In this document: in pieces, positions 44,553 to 55,105 of the stretch
How the letters are laid out: each line of letters opens with the position of its first letter
How positions within the stretch are numbered: position 1 is the first letter of the stretch
Notes under the pieces: generated by a model
What the model was told of the DNA's origin: nothing
What the model saw: the letters and a program-made list of their open reading frames with translations, nothing else
The model's database searches: none
Assembly (NCBI GenBank): GCA_028692655.1
Contig: JAQUWY010000006.1
Span: 728 to 64,727, forward strand
Origin: Candidatus Omnitrophota bacterium
GTDB lineage: Bacteria; Omnitrophota; Gorgyraeia; Duberdicusellales; 4484-171
Direction of reading: 5' to 3'
Length of the DNA: 64,000 bases
Program-made: the position numbers and the translations under genes

Positions 44553-45458
44553 ATGAGCACAAAAAAAGCGATTATCTTTCCAGGGCAGGGTTCACAATAT
44601 AAAGGCATGGGGCAGAGTTTGTATAAAGAGTTTTCCTGCTGCCGTGATATTTTTGATTCAACGGATAAGATTCTGGGGTTTAAACTTTCGAAGAAATGTT
44701 TTGAAGGCCAGCTTTATGAACTCAAAGATACGGCTATTCAGCAATTAGCCATTTTGACGGTGAGCCTGGCAGCTTTTGAGGTTTTTAAACAGAAAGGGAT
44801 ATCCGTAGATTACCTTTCCGGCCTGAGCCTGGGAGAATACAGTTGTTTGTATGCTGCCGAGAGCCTGACGTTAAGAGATTTGGTAATTTTGGTAAGAGAA
44901 AGGGCTCTGGCTATGCAAAAGGCCGCAGCACTTAATTCTTCGACTATGTTTGCGGTTATCGGAATAGACGAAGAAAACATACGTCTTTGTGCTCAGGAGG
45001 GAGGCTTTTATATCGCCAATATTAATGCTGGCGGCCAGACAGTTGTATCTTTGGCTCAAAGCAACAAAGAGGCCGTGCGCGGCCTACTCCAGGCGCATTC
45101 GGCAAGGGTGATAGAACTTGATGTTAGCGGTGGTTTTCATTCTCCCTTTATGGATAGCGCCCGCGAGAACCTGGAAAAAGTAATCTCAGGCCTTGATTTT
45201 AAACCGGCTAAGATACCTATAGTCAGCAATGTAACTGCAAAGCCGCACACGGATGTTTCAGAAATCAGAGAGAATTTGCTTAAACAATTGACAATGCCGG
45301 TGTTATGGAAAGCTTGCGCTGAGTTTATGATAGATGAGGGTGTAGAAACATTTTATGAAGTTGGGCCGTCAAAAGTGCTTAAGGGTATTATGCGTAAGAT
45401 AAATTCTGAAATCAAGGTTGTTAACATAGAGAAGAGAGAAGATTTGGAGGGGTTATAG
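44553..45458 (+). CDS. fabD: Malonyl-CoA:ACP transacylase
   Basis: IFPGQGSQYKGMG and GLSLGEYS active-site serine motif. Confidence 0.9.
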   Translation: MSTKKAIIFPGQGSQYKGMGQSLYKEFSCCRDIFDSTDKILGFKLSKKCFEGQLYELKDTAIQQLAILTVSLAAFEVFKQKGISVDYLSGLSLGEYSCLYAAESLTLRDLVILVRERALAMQKAAALNSSTMFAVIGIDEENIRLCAQEGGFYIANINAGGQTVVSLAQSNKEAVRGLLQAHSARVIELDVSGGFHSPFMDSARENLEKVISGLDFKPAKIPIVSNVTAKPHTDVSEIRENLLKQLTMPVLWKACAEFMIDEGVETFYEVGPSKVLKGIMRKINSEIKVVNIEKREDLEGL

Positions 45459-45503
45459 AGTTTAAAGGTATATCCCGTCTTAGGCGGATCATTTAGGAGG
45501 AAT

Positions 45504-46238
45504 ATGAATTTTGAAGGCAAAGTAGTAATCGTTACCGGAGCAGCTCAGGGTATAGGAAAGCAGATAGCTTTAGCGTTTGCCAGGAAGAAGGCCGTCATCG
45601 TAGCGCTTGATCTAAATGAAGAAGGGCTTAAAAATTTACGGAACGAGGTTAGCCAGCATTCCCAATGCGAGTATTATGCTCTTGATGTGACTGATGCCGG
45701 GCAAGCGGGTGAGGTTATAAACAAAATTATTGACAAGTTTTCAAAGATTGATATATTAATTAACAATGCAGGCATAACTAAAGACAATTTGGTTTTGCGG
45801 CTCTCTGAAAATGATTGGGATAAAGTAATAGCTGTAAATTTAAGAGGTGCTTTTATCTGTTCAAAGCTCTGTGCAAAGCACATGCTTAAACAACGAAAAG
45901 GCAAGATTGTTAATATATCTTCAATTATAGGTATTATTGGCAATCCCGGACAGGCTAACTATTCAGCATCTAAAGCTGGCTTAATCGGGCTTACTAAAAC
46001 TTTGGCCAAGGAGCTTGGTTCTAGAAATATTTGTGTTAACGCGGTTGCTCCGGGGTATATCCAGACTAAAATGACAGATATTTTGCCTGAAAAGGTCAAG
46101 CTTGAAATGTTGAAAAGAATTCCTCTTAACAGGCTTGGCCAGCCTCAAGATATAGCCCAGGCTGTTTTGTTCTTAGCTGGAGAATCTTCAGATTATATAA
46201 CTGGCCAGGTTTTAGTAGTAGACGGCGGTATGATTTAG
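45504..46238 (+). CDS. fabG: 3-oxoacyl-[ACP] reductase
   Basis: SDR: [23 protein letters not shown] catalytic tetrad region; 244 aa. Confidence 0.9.
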   Translation: MNFEGKVVIVTGAAQGIGKQIALAFARKKAVIVALDLNEEGLKNLRNEVSQHSQCEYYALDVTDAGQAGEVINKIIDKFSKIDILINNAGITKDNLVLRLSENDWDKVIAVNLRGAFICSKLCAKHMLKQRKGKIVNISSIIGIIGNPGQANYSASKAGLIGLTKTLAKELGSRNICVNAVAPGYIQTKMTDILPEKVKLEMLKRIPLNRLGQPQDIAQAVLFLAGESSDYITGQVLVVDGGMI

Positions 46239-46258
46239 CAATATTAAAGGGGGTAGCG

Positions 46259-46504
46259 ATGAGTGTTGATGAAAAAGTAAAGGATATTATTTCCGAACAG
46301 TTAGGGGTTAAAAAAGAAGAAATTAAACCTGAAAGTTCCTTTATTGACGATTTAGGGGCAGATTCTTTAGACACGGTAGAGGTTGTAATGGCCTTAGAAG
46401 AAGAATTCGGCATAGAGATACCGGATGAAGATGCCGAGAAAATTACTACCGTGGGAGAAGCAATAAAATATATTGAAGATAAAATAAACAAGAAAGACGC
46501 GTAG
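46259..46504 (+). CDS. acpP: Acyl carrier protein
   Basis: [27 protein letters not shown] with phosphopantetheine-attachment Ser in DSLD. Confidence 0.95.
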   Translation: MSVDEKVKDIISEQLGVKKEEIKPESSFIDDLGADSLDTVEVVMALEEEFGIEIPDEDAEKITTVGEAIKYIEDKINKKDA

Positions 46505-46516
46505 TTATTTGAAAAA

Positions 46517-47752
46517 ATGAAACGGGTAGTTGTAACCGGATGTGGAGTAGTTTCTCCAGTAGGGGTGGGTAAGGGTCTATTTTGGGACTCTTTGCTTAAA
46601 GGCAAGAGCGGTGTAGGCAAGATTACCCACTTTGATGCTGCTGAGTTTGATTCTCAGATTGCCGGAGAAGTGAACGATTTCACGCCTCCTTCATTCTTTT
46701 CCTCCAAAGATAACAGAAGAACCCCTCGCTTTGTCCAGTTTGCCCTTAAAGCTGCCGAAGAAGCATTGGCCGAAAGTGGTATTGACTTGGAGAGAATTGA
46801 CCCTTATCAAATAGGAACGATTATCGGCTCAGGTGTAGGCAGTCTTGAAACGATTGAGAAAGAACACAAAGTGCTTTTAGAGCGAGGCCCCAAGAAACTT
46901 TCTCCTTTCATGATCCCGATGCTTATTACTAACGAAGCGCCTGGCCACGTTGCTATACATTTTGGCCTTAAGGGTGTGAATTTTTGCACGGTTACAGCCT
47001 GTGCCTCAGGGGCTCATGCAATAGGAGAAGCTTATCGGACGGTTGCTCAAGGTAAAGCTTTGGCCATGGTTTGTGGGGGGACGGAAGCCTGCATTGTGCC
47101 TTTAGGAGTGGGCGGTTTTTGCGCTCTTAAGGCACTGTCAAAACGTAATAATGAACCGCAGAGAGCCAGCCGGCCTTTTGACAAAGAAAGAGATGGTTTT
47201 ATTATGGCTGAAGGGGCAGGAATTATAGTCCTGGAAGAGTTTGAGCACGCCAGTAAAAGAGGTGCTCATATTTACTGTGAACTTTCCGGCTATGGAGCAA
47301 CCTGCGATGCTTATCATATTACAGCGCCTGATCCTGAAGGTGGTGCTGCAATAAAGTCGATGTCTGATGCTATGCGTGAAGCCGGAGTTTCCAGTCAAGA
47401 AAATATTTACATAAATGCCCATGGTACCAGCACTCAGCTTAATGATAAGATGGAAACAAAAGCTATAAAAAGCGTTTTTGGAACCAGGGCGAAAGAGATA
47501 CCTATTAGTTCTATAAAGTCGATGACCGGACATACCCTGGGAGCTGCCGGAGCAATAGAATTCATTGCTTGCTGCCTGGCTTTAGAAAACAAGATTATTC
47601 CTCCGACTATAAATTATGAAAATCCCGACCCGGAATGTGATTTAGATTATACGCCGAATGAGGCTCTTAACTTTGAAGGAGAGGTTGCCTTGTCTAATTC
47701 TTTGGGGTTTGGAGGCCATAACGCTAGTCTTTTGGTTAAAAAAATCAAATAA
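46517..47752 (+). CDS. fabF: 3-oxoacyl-[ACP] synthase II
   Basis: MKRVVVTGCGVVSPVG, active-site TACASGAHAIG, His motifs (NAHGTST, GHTLGAAG); 411 aa. Confidence 0.95.
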   Translation: MKRVVVTGCGVVSPVGVGKGLFWDSLLKGKSGVGKITHFDAAEFDSQIAGEVNDFTPPSFFSSKDNRRTPRFVQFALKAAEEALAESGIDLERIDPYQIGTIIGSGVGSLETIEKEHKVLLERGPKKLSPFMIPMLITNEAPGHVAIHFGLKGVNFCTVTACASGAHAIGEAYRTVAQGKALAMVCGGTEACIVPLGVGGFCALKALSKRNNEPQRASRPFDKERDGFIMAEGAGIIVLEEFEHASKRGAHIYCELSGYGATCDAYHITAPDPEGGAAIKSMSDAMREAGVSSQENIYINAHGTSTQLNDKMETKAIKSVFGTRAKEIPISSIKSMTGHTLGAAGAIEFIACCLALENKIIPPTINYENPDPECDLDYTPNEALNFEGEVALSNSLGFGGHNASLLVKKIK

Positions 47753-47822
47753 TATAAAGGCGGATTCTGACACGAAATATTCAATTCAGAGTTTCGTTTT
47801 CAGGTTTAAACTGTAATTTATT

Positions 47823-49091
47823 ATGGGCAAAACAATAATCGAAAAAATACTGCAGAAACATTCTTCTTCAGGGAAACTGGAAGATTTCATATACGCTAAA
47901 GTCGATTTCTGCTTTGGTAACGACATTACCGCTCCTTTATCTGTCAAAGAATTTAAAAAAGCCGGTTTCGATTCCGTATTTGATACGAAAAAAATAGGTT
48001 TTATTTGTGATCATTTTGTTCCAGCCAGGGATTTAAAAGCCGCCAATAACGTCAAGCTTTTAAGAGAATTTTCGAAAAAATTTAAAATTAAGCATTTCTA
48101 TGATATTGATAAGTGCGGCATCGAACATGCCTTTTTACCCGAATCGGGGTTGATTAAGCCAGGCGAACTGGTTATCGGAGCAGATTCCCATACCTGTACT
48201 TACGGGGCTTTGGGTTTGGCCAGCTTTGGAGTTGGTTCTACCGATTTAGCCGGGGCCATGAAGGAAGGTAAACTTTGGCTAAAGGTTCCTGAGACAATAA
48301 AATTTGTTTATGAAGGCGAGCTTCCTGCCTGGGTAGGCGGCAAAGACCTAATCTTACATACTATTGGAAAAATCGGTGTTGATGGGGCTTTATATACTGT
48401 TATGGAATTTTGCGGGCCGGCGATAAGAAAGCTGAGTATGGATGATAGGTTTACTATGTGCAATATGGCAATTGAAGCCGGAGGCAAGACCGGGATTATC
48501 GCTCCGGACGAAAAGACCGTTTCTTACATGAAAAAAGTAAATCCTAAAACTAAAATACGCTTAGAGAAGAGTGACCCCGATGCCGCATATAAAGAAATTA
48601 TAAAAATTAATGTTACGAATTTAAAACCTCAGGTCAGCTGTCCGCATCTTCCCAGTAATGTAAGTGATGTGGATAAGCTCAAGAAGGTGAAAGTTGACCA
48701 GGTTGTTGTGGGCTCATGCACCAACGGGCGTTTGAGCGATTTGGAGATTGCTGCCAGAGTCGTCAAGGGCAAGAAAGTAAAAAAAAGTTTAAGGGCCATA
48801 GTTTTTCCGGCTACGCCCAATATATACCGTCAGGCTTACAAAAAGAAGTACTTAGAGATTCTTCACGAGGCAGGATTTATTATTTCGCCTCCTACCTGCG
48901 GGCCATGTCTAGGCGGGCATGCCGGGGTTTTGGATAAGGGGGAGGTGGCTATAGCCACTACTAATAGAAATTTTGTGGGCAGGATGGGGCATCCGGAAAG
49001 TTTTGTTTATTTATCGGGGCCGGCGGTAGCCGCTGCCAGCGCGATTACTGGCAGGATTACCCATCCCGATGAAATACTAAAACGCAGATGA
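47823..49091 (+). CDS. leuC: 3-isopropylmalate dehydratase large subunit (short, archaeal/HACN-like type)
   Basis: MGKTIIEKIL..., Fe-S cysteine ligands (GSCTNGRLSDL, PTCGPCLGG); 422 aa aconitase-family large subunit. Confidence 0.88.
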   Translation: MGKTIIEKILQKHSSSGKLEDFIYAKVDFCFGNDITAPLSVKEFKKAGFDSVFDTKKIGFICDHFVPARDLKAANNVKLLREFSKKFKIKHFYDIDKCGIEHAFLPESGLIKPGELVIGADSHTCTYGALGLASFGVGSTDLAGAMKEGKLWLKVPETIKFVYEGELPAWVGGKDLILHTIGKIGVDGALYTVMEFCGPAIRKLSMDDRFTMCNMAIEAGGKTGIIAPDEKTVSYMKKVNPKTKIRLEKSDPDAAYKEIIKINVTNLKPQVSCPHLPSNVSDVDKLKKVKVDQVVVGSCTNGRLSDLEIAARVVKGKKVKKSLRAIVFPATPNIYRQAYKKKYLEILHEAGFIISPPTCGPCLGGHAGVLDKGEVAIATTNRNFVGRMGHPESFVYLSGPAVAAASAITGRITHPDEILKRR

Positions 49092-49193
49092 TCACAGATG
49101 AAAAATCGCTGACGATCGCAGATTCTTGTGTCAGTGATCATCAGCAACATCTAATCTGCGATAATCTGTGCATAAATCCGAAGGATTCATAAG

Positions 49194-49685
49194 ATGATTA
49201 TCAAAGGTAAAGTTCACAAATTCGGTGATAATATAAATACCGACGATATAATTGCAGCTAAATATTTAGATTCTCAGGATCATATTTTTCTGGGATCAAA
49301 GGCAATGGAGAATATAGACCCTGGTTTTAGCAAAAGAGTCCAAAAAGGGGAGATTATAGTTGCCGGAAAAAACTTCGGTTGTGGTTCGAGCCGGGAACAT
49401 GCTCCCTGGGCACTTAAGGGGTGTGGGATTTCAATAGTTATAGCCGAGAGTTTTGCCCGTATTTTTTACCGTAATTCCATAAATGTCGGTTTGGTGATAA
49501 TGGTTTGTTCCCAAACTTCAAAAATTAACGCTGGAGATAACCTAAAGGTGGATTTAACACAAGGGCTTATCTATGATCAGGAATTAAAGAAAGAATTTAA
49601 ATCCGAAACTTTCCCTTCTTTTATGCAGGAAATAATTACCAGTGGAGGATTGATTAACTGGATAAAGAGAAAAAAGAAGAAATAA
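49194..49685 (+). CDS. leuD: 3-isopropylmalate dehydratase small subunit
   Basis: [25 protein letters not shown] and [13 protein letters not shown] (aconitase swivel domain). Confidence 0.88.
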   Translation: MIIKGKVHKFGDNINTDDIIAAKYLDSQDHIFLGSKAMENIDPGFSKRVQKGEIIVAGKNFGCGSSREHAPWALKGCGISIVIAESFARIFYRNSINVGLVIMVCSQTSKINAGDNLKVDLTQGLIYDQELKKEFKSETFPSFMQEIITSGGLINWIKRKKKK

Positions 49686-49695
49686 GGAGTGCCTT

Positions 49696-50751
49696 ATGCA
49701 GGAATATAAAATAGCAGTCATACCCGGTGACGGGACAGGGCCGGAAGTGGTAGCCGAAGGGTTAAAGGTCTTAGGAGCTGTTTCTTCGAAATTTGGATTC
49801 AACTATAAGACCACTAACTATGATTTTGGCGGTGAGCGTTATTTAAAAACCGGTGAAGTTTTGCCAAAGGAGGCAATAGCCGAGCTTACTAAATTCGACG
49901 CAATTTATTTAGGGGCCATAGGCCATCCGCAGGTTAAACCCGGAATTTTAGAAAAAGGTATTCTTCTTACCTTGAGGTTTGCCTTAGACCAGTATATAAA
50001 CTTGAGGCCGATAAAACTTTACGACAGCCGCTTCTGCCCTCTTAAAGATAAAAACCCGGAGGATATTGATTTCGTAGTAGTAAGAGAGAATTCAGAAGGT
50101 ATATACAAAGGGATGGGTGAATTTAAAGAAAAGGGTACAGCTAACGAGGTAGCAACTCAAATTTCTTACAATACCCGCAAGGGAGTTGAACGCTGTATAC
50201 GTTATGCTTTTGAATATACCCGCAAGCGCAATAAACGTAAAAAACTTACTCTTTGCGGCAAGACTAACGTTTTAACTTATGCCTGGGACCTATGGCAGAG
50301 GGTGTTCAATGAAGTTGCCGCAGAATACCAAGACATAGAGACCGATTATGCCCATGTAGATGCTACCACCATGTGGTTTGTTAAAAATCCCGAATGGTTT
50401 GATGTTATTGTTACCGATAATATCTTTGGAGATATCATTACTGATTTGGGGGCGATGATACAGGGCGGCATGGGTATTGCTGCCGGAGGTAATATTAACC
50501 CTGAAGGGGTGTCAATGTTTGAGCCTATAGGAGGCAGTGCGCCTAAATATACCGGAAAGAATGTCATAAATCCTTTGGCGGCAATTTGCGCGCTTTCTAT
50601 GCTTCTTAACCAAATAGGCCAGACTCAGGCAGCTGAATCCGTTGAAAAAGCTTCGATTCAAGTAGCCAGAGAGAAACTAAAAGCTTTGGCGGCCGGCAAG
50701 ATGGGTTATTCTACCAGTCAGGTGGGCGATTTAGTAGTTAAGAATTTATAA
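49696..50751 (+). CDS. leuB: 3-isopropylmalate dehydrogenase
   Basis: [41 protein letters not shown] (isocitrate/IPM DH signature). Confidence 0.9.
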   Translation: MQEYKIAVIPGDGTGPEVVAEGLKVLGAVSSKFGFNYKTTNYDFGGERYLKTGEVLPKEAIAELTKFDAIYLGAIGHPQVKPGILEKGILLTLRFALDQYINLRPIKLYDSRFCPLKDKNPEDIDFVVVRENSEGIYKGMGEFKEKGTANEVATQISYNTRKGVERCIRYAFEYTRKRNKRKKLTLCGKTNVLTYAWDLWQRVFNEVAAEYQDIETDYAHVDATTMWFVKNPEWFDVIVTDNIFGDIITDLGAMIQGGMGIAAGGNINPEGVSMFEPIGGSAPKYTGKNVINPLAAICALSMLLNQIGQTQAAESVEKASIQVAREKLKALAAGKMGYSTSQVGDLVVKNL

Positions 50752-50758
50752 TAACGTA

Positions 50759-50782
50759 GGGGCGAACCTATGTGTTCGCCCT
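50759..50782 (+). terminator. Perfect 8-bp GC-rich hairpin (GGGCGAAC-ctatgt-GTTCGCCC) immediately after leuB; terminator-like but lacks a U-run
   Basis: Inverted repeat read directly from sequence at 50760-50781; overlaps the asd RBS region (AGAGGAAAAG). Confidence 0.35.
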
Positions 50783-50796
50783 AAATAGAGGAAAAG

Positions 50797-51813
50797 ATGA
50801 AAAAGAACCTAGCAGTCATTGGTGTAGGAGCAGTAGGGGTTGAAATCTTACGGATTTTAAAACAGCGTAAATTTCCGGTCGGTAGCCTGCGTGTATTTGC
50901 CCGCAGCCAGAGGGATATAGAAATAGATGGCCAAAAGTATAAAGTGGAGGCAGTAGATAAAGAGGGTTTTGACGGCATAGATATAGCACTTTTTGCCGGA
51001 ACCGAAGGAGAAAAAGGGGCATCGGTGCTATATGCTAATAAATTTATTGAAAAGGGAGCGGTAGTTATAGATAACGGAAATGATTTCAGGCTAAGAAAGG
51101 ATGTGCCTTTGGTTATTCCTGAGGTGAACAGGCAGGCTGCCCTCTCTCATAAAGGCCTCATAGCTAATCCTAATTGTACCACCATTCAAGCTGTTACCGC
51201 TTTGGGCGGGATTCATAAAAAGTTCGGACTAAAAAGTTTTATGCTTACGAGTTTTCAGGCTACATCCGGAGCTGGGAAAAAAGCAGCTGAAAGCCTGTGG
51301 AATGAGACAAAAGCTCTGGTTGAGAAAAACAAAAACCGCGGGTTTGATGCTTTAGATAAAATTTTAGATGAGAAACCGGAGTGCTTTGATGAGCAGATAG
51401 CTTTCAATATCATACCCCAGATTGGCGGTTTTACCGAAGAGGGATATACGTCTGAGGAATGGAAAGTGGTCTATGAATCGCGCAAGATTCTGGATAATCC
51501 GGACATAAAGATATCAGCGACCTGCATAAGGGTTCCGGTATTTACTTCTCATTCAGAATCAATTTACTTTACACCCTCTAAGAAAGTTTCTTTAGTTGAA
51601 TTGGAGCAAGCCCTGAATTCTTCGGAAGGGGTAGTTTATCTTAAAGATTCTCTGTGTTTTCCTTTGCAAGTAGAAGGCAAAGATCCTGTTTTTGTCTGCC
51701 GTCTCAGGAAGGCCCTGGATTCTGAAAATTCCTTTTGGCTATGGTGCGTTTCCGATAATTTACGTAAAGGTGCAGCCTTAAACGCGGTTCAGATAGCGCA
51801 ATGCCTGCTTTAA
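50797..51813 (+). CDS. asd: Aspartate-semialdehyde dehydrogenase
   Basis: MKKNLAVIGVGAVGVEILRIL (NAD-binding), active-site Cys in NPNCTTIQ, 338 aa. Confidence 0.9.
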   Translation: MKKNLAVIGVGAVGVEILRILKQRKFPVGSLRVFARSQRDIEIDGQKYKVEAVDKEGFDGIDIALFAGTEGEKGASVLYANKFIEKGAVVIDNGNDFRLRKDVPLVIPEVNRQAALSHKGLIANPNCTTIQAVTALGGIHKKFGLKSFMLTSFQATSGAGKKAAESLWNETKALVEKNKNRGFDALDKILDEKPECFDEQIAFNIIPQIGGFTEEGYTSEEWKVVYESRKILDNPDIKISATCIRVPVFTSHSESIYFTPSKKVSLVELEQALNSSEGVVYLKDSLCFPLQVEGKDPVFVCRLRKALDSENSFWLWCVSDNLRKGAALNAVQIAQCLL

Positions 51814-51908
51814 AGATCTATTCGGTTAAACCAATCAATATAATAAATCAGTGAGCGAAGCCTCCACGGGCTAAAGCCTGAGGGTGTCTCGCAAGGGATA
51901 AAACCCGG

Positions 51909-52712
51909 CTATTCTATTTCGTTTAACGGAATGTGTAAGTTTTTACGGGTATCGGTTTTGTCTTTAGCTTGGGATATTACTTTCTGAATGGTTGTTTTTA
52001 AAGTCAAGGAGGCGGTATTTAACTCCTGCTGGCATATTTGCATGATACGAGAGTCTCGATGGGCGTTATTTATAAGAGATTCTTCAGCCGCCTGCGCTAT
52101 CGTTGCTTTATTTTCTTGACTCCCGTTTAATTCCAGCCAGGATAAGGTATTTATAATTTTTTTTACATAGCGGTTATCGCCGCTGGCAAAAAAAGCTCCC
52201 CACAACATATCCAGGTCAGAGGTTTTATTTATTTGCATGGATAAAATATCGTAAGGCTCTAATCCTAACAGCCGTCTGATATAAGCTGAATCTGGTTCTT
52301 TCAGTAAGATGGCCTCTTGTTTTAGGCAATGTTTTGCTTCTTGAGTGTTAGAGAGCCATAGAGCCTGAAGGATTGTTTCTTTTGTGTGAGGCAAGAGAGC
52401 GCTCAGGGTGTTTTTTAATTTATCTATATCCTGAGGGTTTTTACTGAAAATAATACTGAAAAAAGAAGCAAAAAACGGCTGTTTAAGCTGGCTGTTTATT
52501 AAATCATTATCATTAATGAAAGCGATAGCGTTTTCAACCAATTCCGGCTGAGGCCTCTGATAGTAATATCGCATCCAGTAATAAAGCCCGCTATCTGTTT
52601 TTATAGGCGAGAGCGTTCCTTCTGCTTCGGCGAAAACCTTACCGGAACCGGCATGGATGAATACCGGAACGGCTGTAAACATACATAAAAATGCTAAAAG
52701 CCGAAACTTCAT
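51909..52712 (-). CDS. Hypothetical secreted protein (signal peptide; no recognisable domain) - the only confident minus-strand gene in the window
   Basis: 267-aa ORF; N-terminus MKFRLLAFLCMFTAVPVFIHAGSG is signal-peptide-like; convergent with asd, divergent from truA. Confidence 0.55.
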   Translation of the reverse strand: MKFRLLAFLCMFTAVPVFIHAGSGKVFAEAEGTLSPIKTDSGLYYWMRYYYQRPQPELVENAIAFINDNDLINSQLKQPFFASFFSIIFSKNPQDIDKLKNTLSALLPHTKETILQALWLSNTQEAKHCLKQEAILLKEPDSAYIRRLLGLEPYDILSMQINKTSDLDMLWGAFFASGDNRYVKKIINTLSWLELNGSQENKATIAQAAEESLINNAHRDSRIMQICQQELNTASLTLKTTIQKVISQAKDKTDTRKNLHIPLNEIE

Positions 52713-53104
52713 TATTTCCTCAATTCAGGCTACAAAATTTTTTTAAGGCTTTTCTTGCTTCAGGCAAACAGAAAAAAATAAAAATAAATATGCCCCAAAT
52801 AATAGAAAATATAACACCAGAAACAGAATTTATTCCGGTTCCTGCCGGGTTTCCTATGAGTATGAAGAGCAGAGAAAATATCCGGTATTGGTTTGGGATA
52901 TATAGTTTTTCATTATCTTCATTGACGCATTAATTATATCTTCTAAAGTATAATCTATCAACAAAAAAGCCTTGAACTCTCAGGCGTTGTATTTATAATA
53001 ACAAAACGGGCAAACAGCCTTATTTCCAAAATTGACTGTCCAAAAAATTAGTTTTGTATTAAAACGAGCTGGATGAGAGCAGCACCTAAAAAGCAGAGTT
53101 TATT

Positions 53105-53866
53105 ATGAGGCAGGAAGGGCTAAAAAATATTTTTCTACAAGTAGAGTATCTGGGGAAAAGTTATTATGGGTTCCAGATACAGAACAAGAAGGCAGTGAAG
53201 GAGGTAACTGTCCAGGAAGTTTTAGAAAAAGCTTTAGAAAAACTTTTTCTCCAGGACATAAGGATAGTTTATTCAAGCCGTACAGACAGAGGGGTCCATG
53301 CTATGGCTCAGAGCCTTAATTTTAAAGTAAAAACCAAAATACCTTTGGCTAATATTAAAAAGGCCTTGAACGCTTTTTTGCCGGCCGATATCAAAATCAA
53401 AAAGATAAAGAAGGTGCCCCTTGATTTTCATTCCCGGTTTTCGGTTAGATCAAAGATTTATCGTTATGTTGTCTTTAACCGCCGCCAGCCTTCTGTGTTT
53501 TGGGAGGATTTTTCCTGGCATATTCCGCAAGGCCTTGATTTGGAAGCTATGCGCAAAGTTTCTTTAAGTTTAATAGGGAAAAAGGATTTTTCTTTATTTG
53601 CCAGGGGAGCATCAAATTACAAAAATTGCGTTCGTTCTCTAAAGGCAATAGAAATAAAAAAAAGAAATGGTTTAGTTTATATTGATATTGAAGCCGATGG
53701 TTTTTTGCGCAGCATGGCTAGAAATATCGTGGCTTTTTTGGCTAAGATAGGTTCAGGCGAAGTGCCTCTTGTGGAGGCCGTAAATATACTCAAAAAGAAT
53801 ACCTCCTACATTAATAATCCGGCGCCTGCTCAGGGCCTTTATCTTTATAAAGTAAAATATCTATAA
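53105..53866 (+). CDS. truA: tRNA pseudouridine(38-40) synthase
   Basis: VEYLGKSYYGFQIQ, catalytic Asp in SSRTDRGVHA; 253 aa. Confidence 0.9.
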   Translation: MRQEGLKNIFLQVEYLGKSYYGFQIQNKKAVKEVTVQEVLEKALEKLFLQDIRIVYSSRTDRGVHAMAQSLNFKVKTKIPLANIKKALNAFLPADIKIKKIKKVPLDFHSRFSVRSKIYRYVVFNRRQPSVFWEDFSWHIPQGLDLEAMRKVSLSLIGKKDFSLFARGASNYKNCVRSLKAIEIKKRNGLVYIDIEADGFLRSMARNIVAFLAKIGSGEVPLVEAVNILKKNTSYINNPAPAQGLYLYKVKYL

Positions 53867-53984
53867 CTTTTCAGGTAACAAATGCCTTTATTTTATTATA
53901 GTTTTTTCATTCATAAGTGGTATAATTTCTTAATGTAGCTAATGTTAAACGCCAAACGGTTTTGATGATCTAGGAGCATAAACT

Positions 53985-54482
53985 ATGCGTAAAGTAATAA
54001 TATTGATTATTGCCGGGGTTGTGTTTTTTACCTCAGGCTGTCAGAACATAAGGAAGAAATTTATCCGTAAAAAAAAGGCTAAAGCGGATGCGCCGGTATA
54101 TGTTGATTTTAAGGATTATCCCGAAAGGCCTTCGAGGGATGCTTATATTGATTATTCTCTTTTTGTTCGGGGCTGGCTTGATGAGTTTAGCCAAGCTTTA
54201 GGAGATTCTGCTATCAGCGGTTCGGGAAATTATAAACGAGCCCGCCGGGCCATTAATGAGGCTGTAATGAATTTGGAGCAAATAATATCTTTTTACACTC
54301 CCCAGGGAAAGGATAAGATATATCCTTTATATGAGCAAGCTTTATCCATAAAAAAAGAGGTAAATAATAACCCTAATATGAGCAATCTGATAAAAAACTC
54401 CTTTAGGCGTAAAGCAGAGGGCATAAGAAGGAGGTTTGAGAAAGAATTTAATTATACCGACGCTGAGAAATGGCTAAAATGA
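53985..54482 (+). CDS. Hypothetical lipoprotein
   Basis: MRKVIILIIAGVVFFTSGCQN lipobox-like N-terminus; no recognisable domain. Confidence 0.55.
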   Translation: MRKVIILIIAGVVFFTSGCQNIRKKFIRKKKAKADAPVYVDFKDYPERPSRDAYIDYSLFVRGWLDEFSQALGDSAISGSGNYKRARRAINEAVMNLEQIISFYTPQGKDKIYPLYEQALSIKKEVNNNPNMSNLIKNSFRRKAEGIRRRFEKEFNYTDAEKWLK

Positions 54483-55105
54483 ACTTAAAAACTTTTGTTT
54501 CGGGAAGCCTTGCTAATAACTGTTATCTTGTTTTTGATCAGACAAACAGTAAGGGCTTTATCGTAGACTGCCCTTGGCCTAGCAAAGAGATACGGGAATA
54601 CATAAAAGAAAAAAAAATAGATATACTTTTCATTGCCTTAACGCATGCCCATTTTGACCATATAGCGGGTTTGGATGAATATAAAGTTCCTTTTTATGTG
54701 CATAAAAAAGATAAAGCTTTTTTAAAAGATTCTCGTTTGAACGGTTCGGCCTTTTTCGAACAAGCGGTAAAAATCGAAAAAGAGCCGATTTTATATCCCG
54801 AAAATTTAGAAATCCCTTTTTTATACAACAAAATAAAAGTTATACTTACTCCCGGGCATACCCCGGGGTCGGTTTCTTTAAAATTGAATAACTGGCTCTT
54901 CAGCGGTGACGCTTTGTTCTTTGACTCTATTGGCCGTACCGATATTCCTCTGGCTTCCGGTGATGTTTTAATCAAATCCCTTAAAGATAATGTAATGGTT
55001 CTACCAGATAATACTCTGGTGTATCCGGGGCACGGGCCTTCCACCAACGTAGGCAGAGAGAGGAAGCATAACCCTTTTTTGAGAAACGCGAATGGACGCG
55101 AATAA
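54470..55105 (+). CDS. MBL-fold metallo-hydrolase (glyoxalase II-like)
   Basis: LTHAHFDHIAG (HxHxDH), ...TPGHTPGS..., ...YPGHG; 211 aa. Confidence 0.85.
   Translation: MAKMNLKTFVSGSLANNCYLVFDQTNSKGFIVDCPWPSKEIREYIKEKKIDILFIALTHAHFDHIAGLDEYKVPFYVHKKDKAFLKDSRLNGSAFFEQAVKIEKEPILYPENLEIPFLYNKIKVILTPGHTPGSVSLKLNNWLFSGDALFFDSIGRTDIPLASGDVLIKSLKDNVMVLPDNTLVYPGHGPSTNVGRERKHNPFLRNANGRE

Noticed and set aside
46126-46620. 164-aa minus-strand ORF antisense to acpP/fabF (Pro/Thr/Ser-rich)
   Set aside because: It is fully antisense to two strongly supported, highly conserved genes and has low-complexity composition; a typical antisense artefact. The same reasoning applies to the other 60-140-aa minus-strand ORFs embedded in dnaE, purL, recG, glyA and others.
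47753-47822. Hairpin ACGAAAT...TTTCGTTTT after fabF as intrinsic terminator
   Set aside because: The stem is short (5-6 bp) with a large loop; too weak to call.
52691-52933. 80-aa + strand ORF (MLKAETSLFPQF...)
   Set aside because: It overlaps the 5' end and promoter region of the minus-strand secreted-protein gene and has no RBS or motif; likely spurious.
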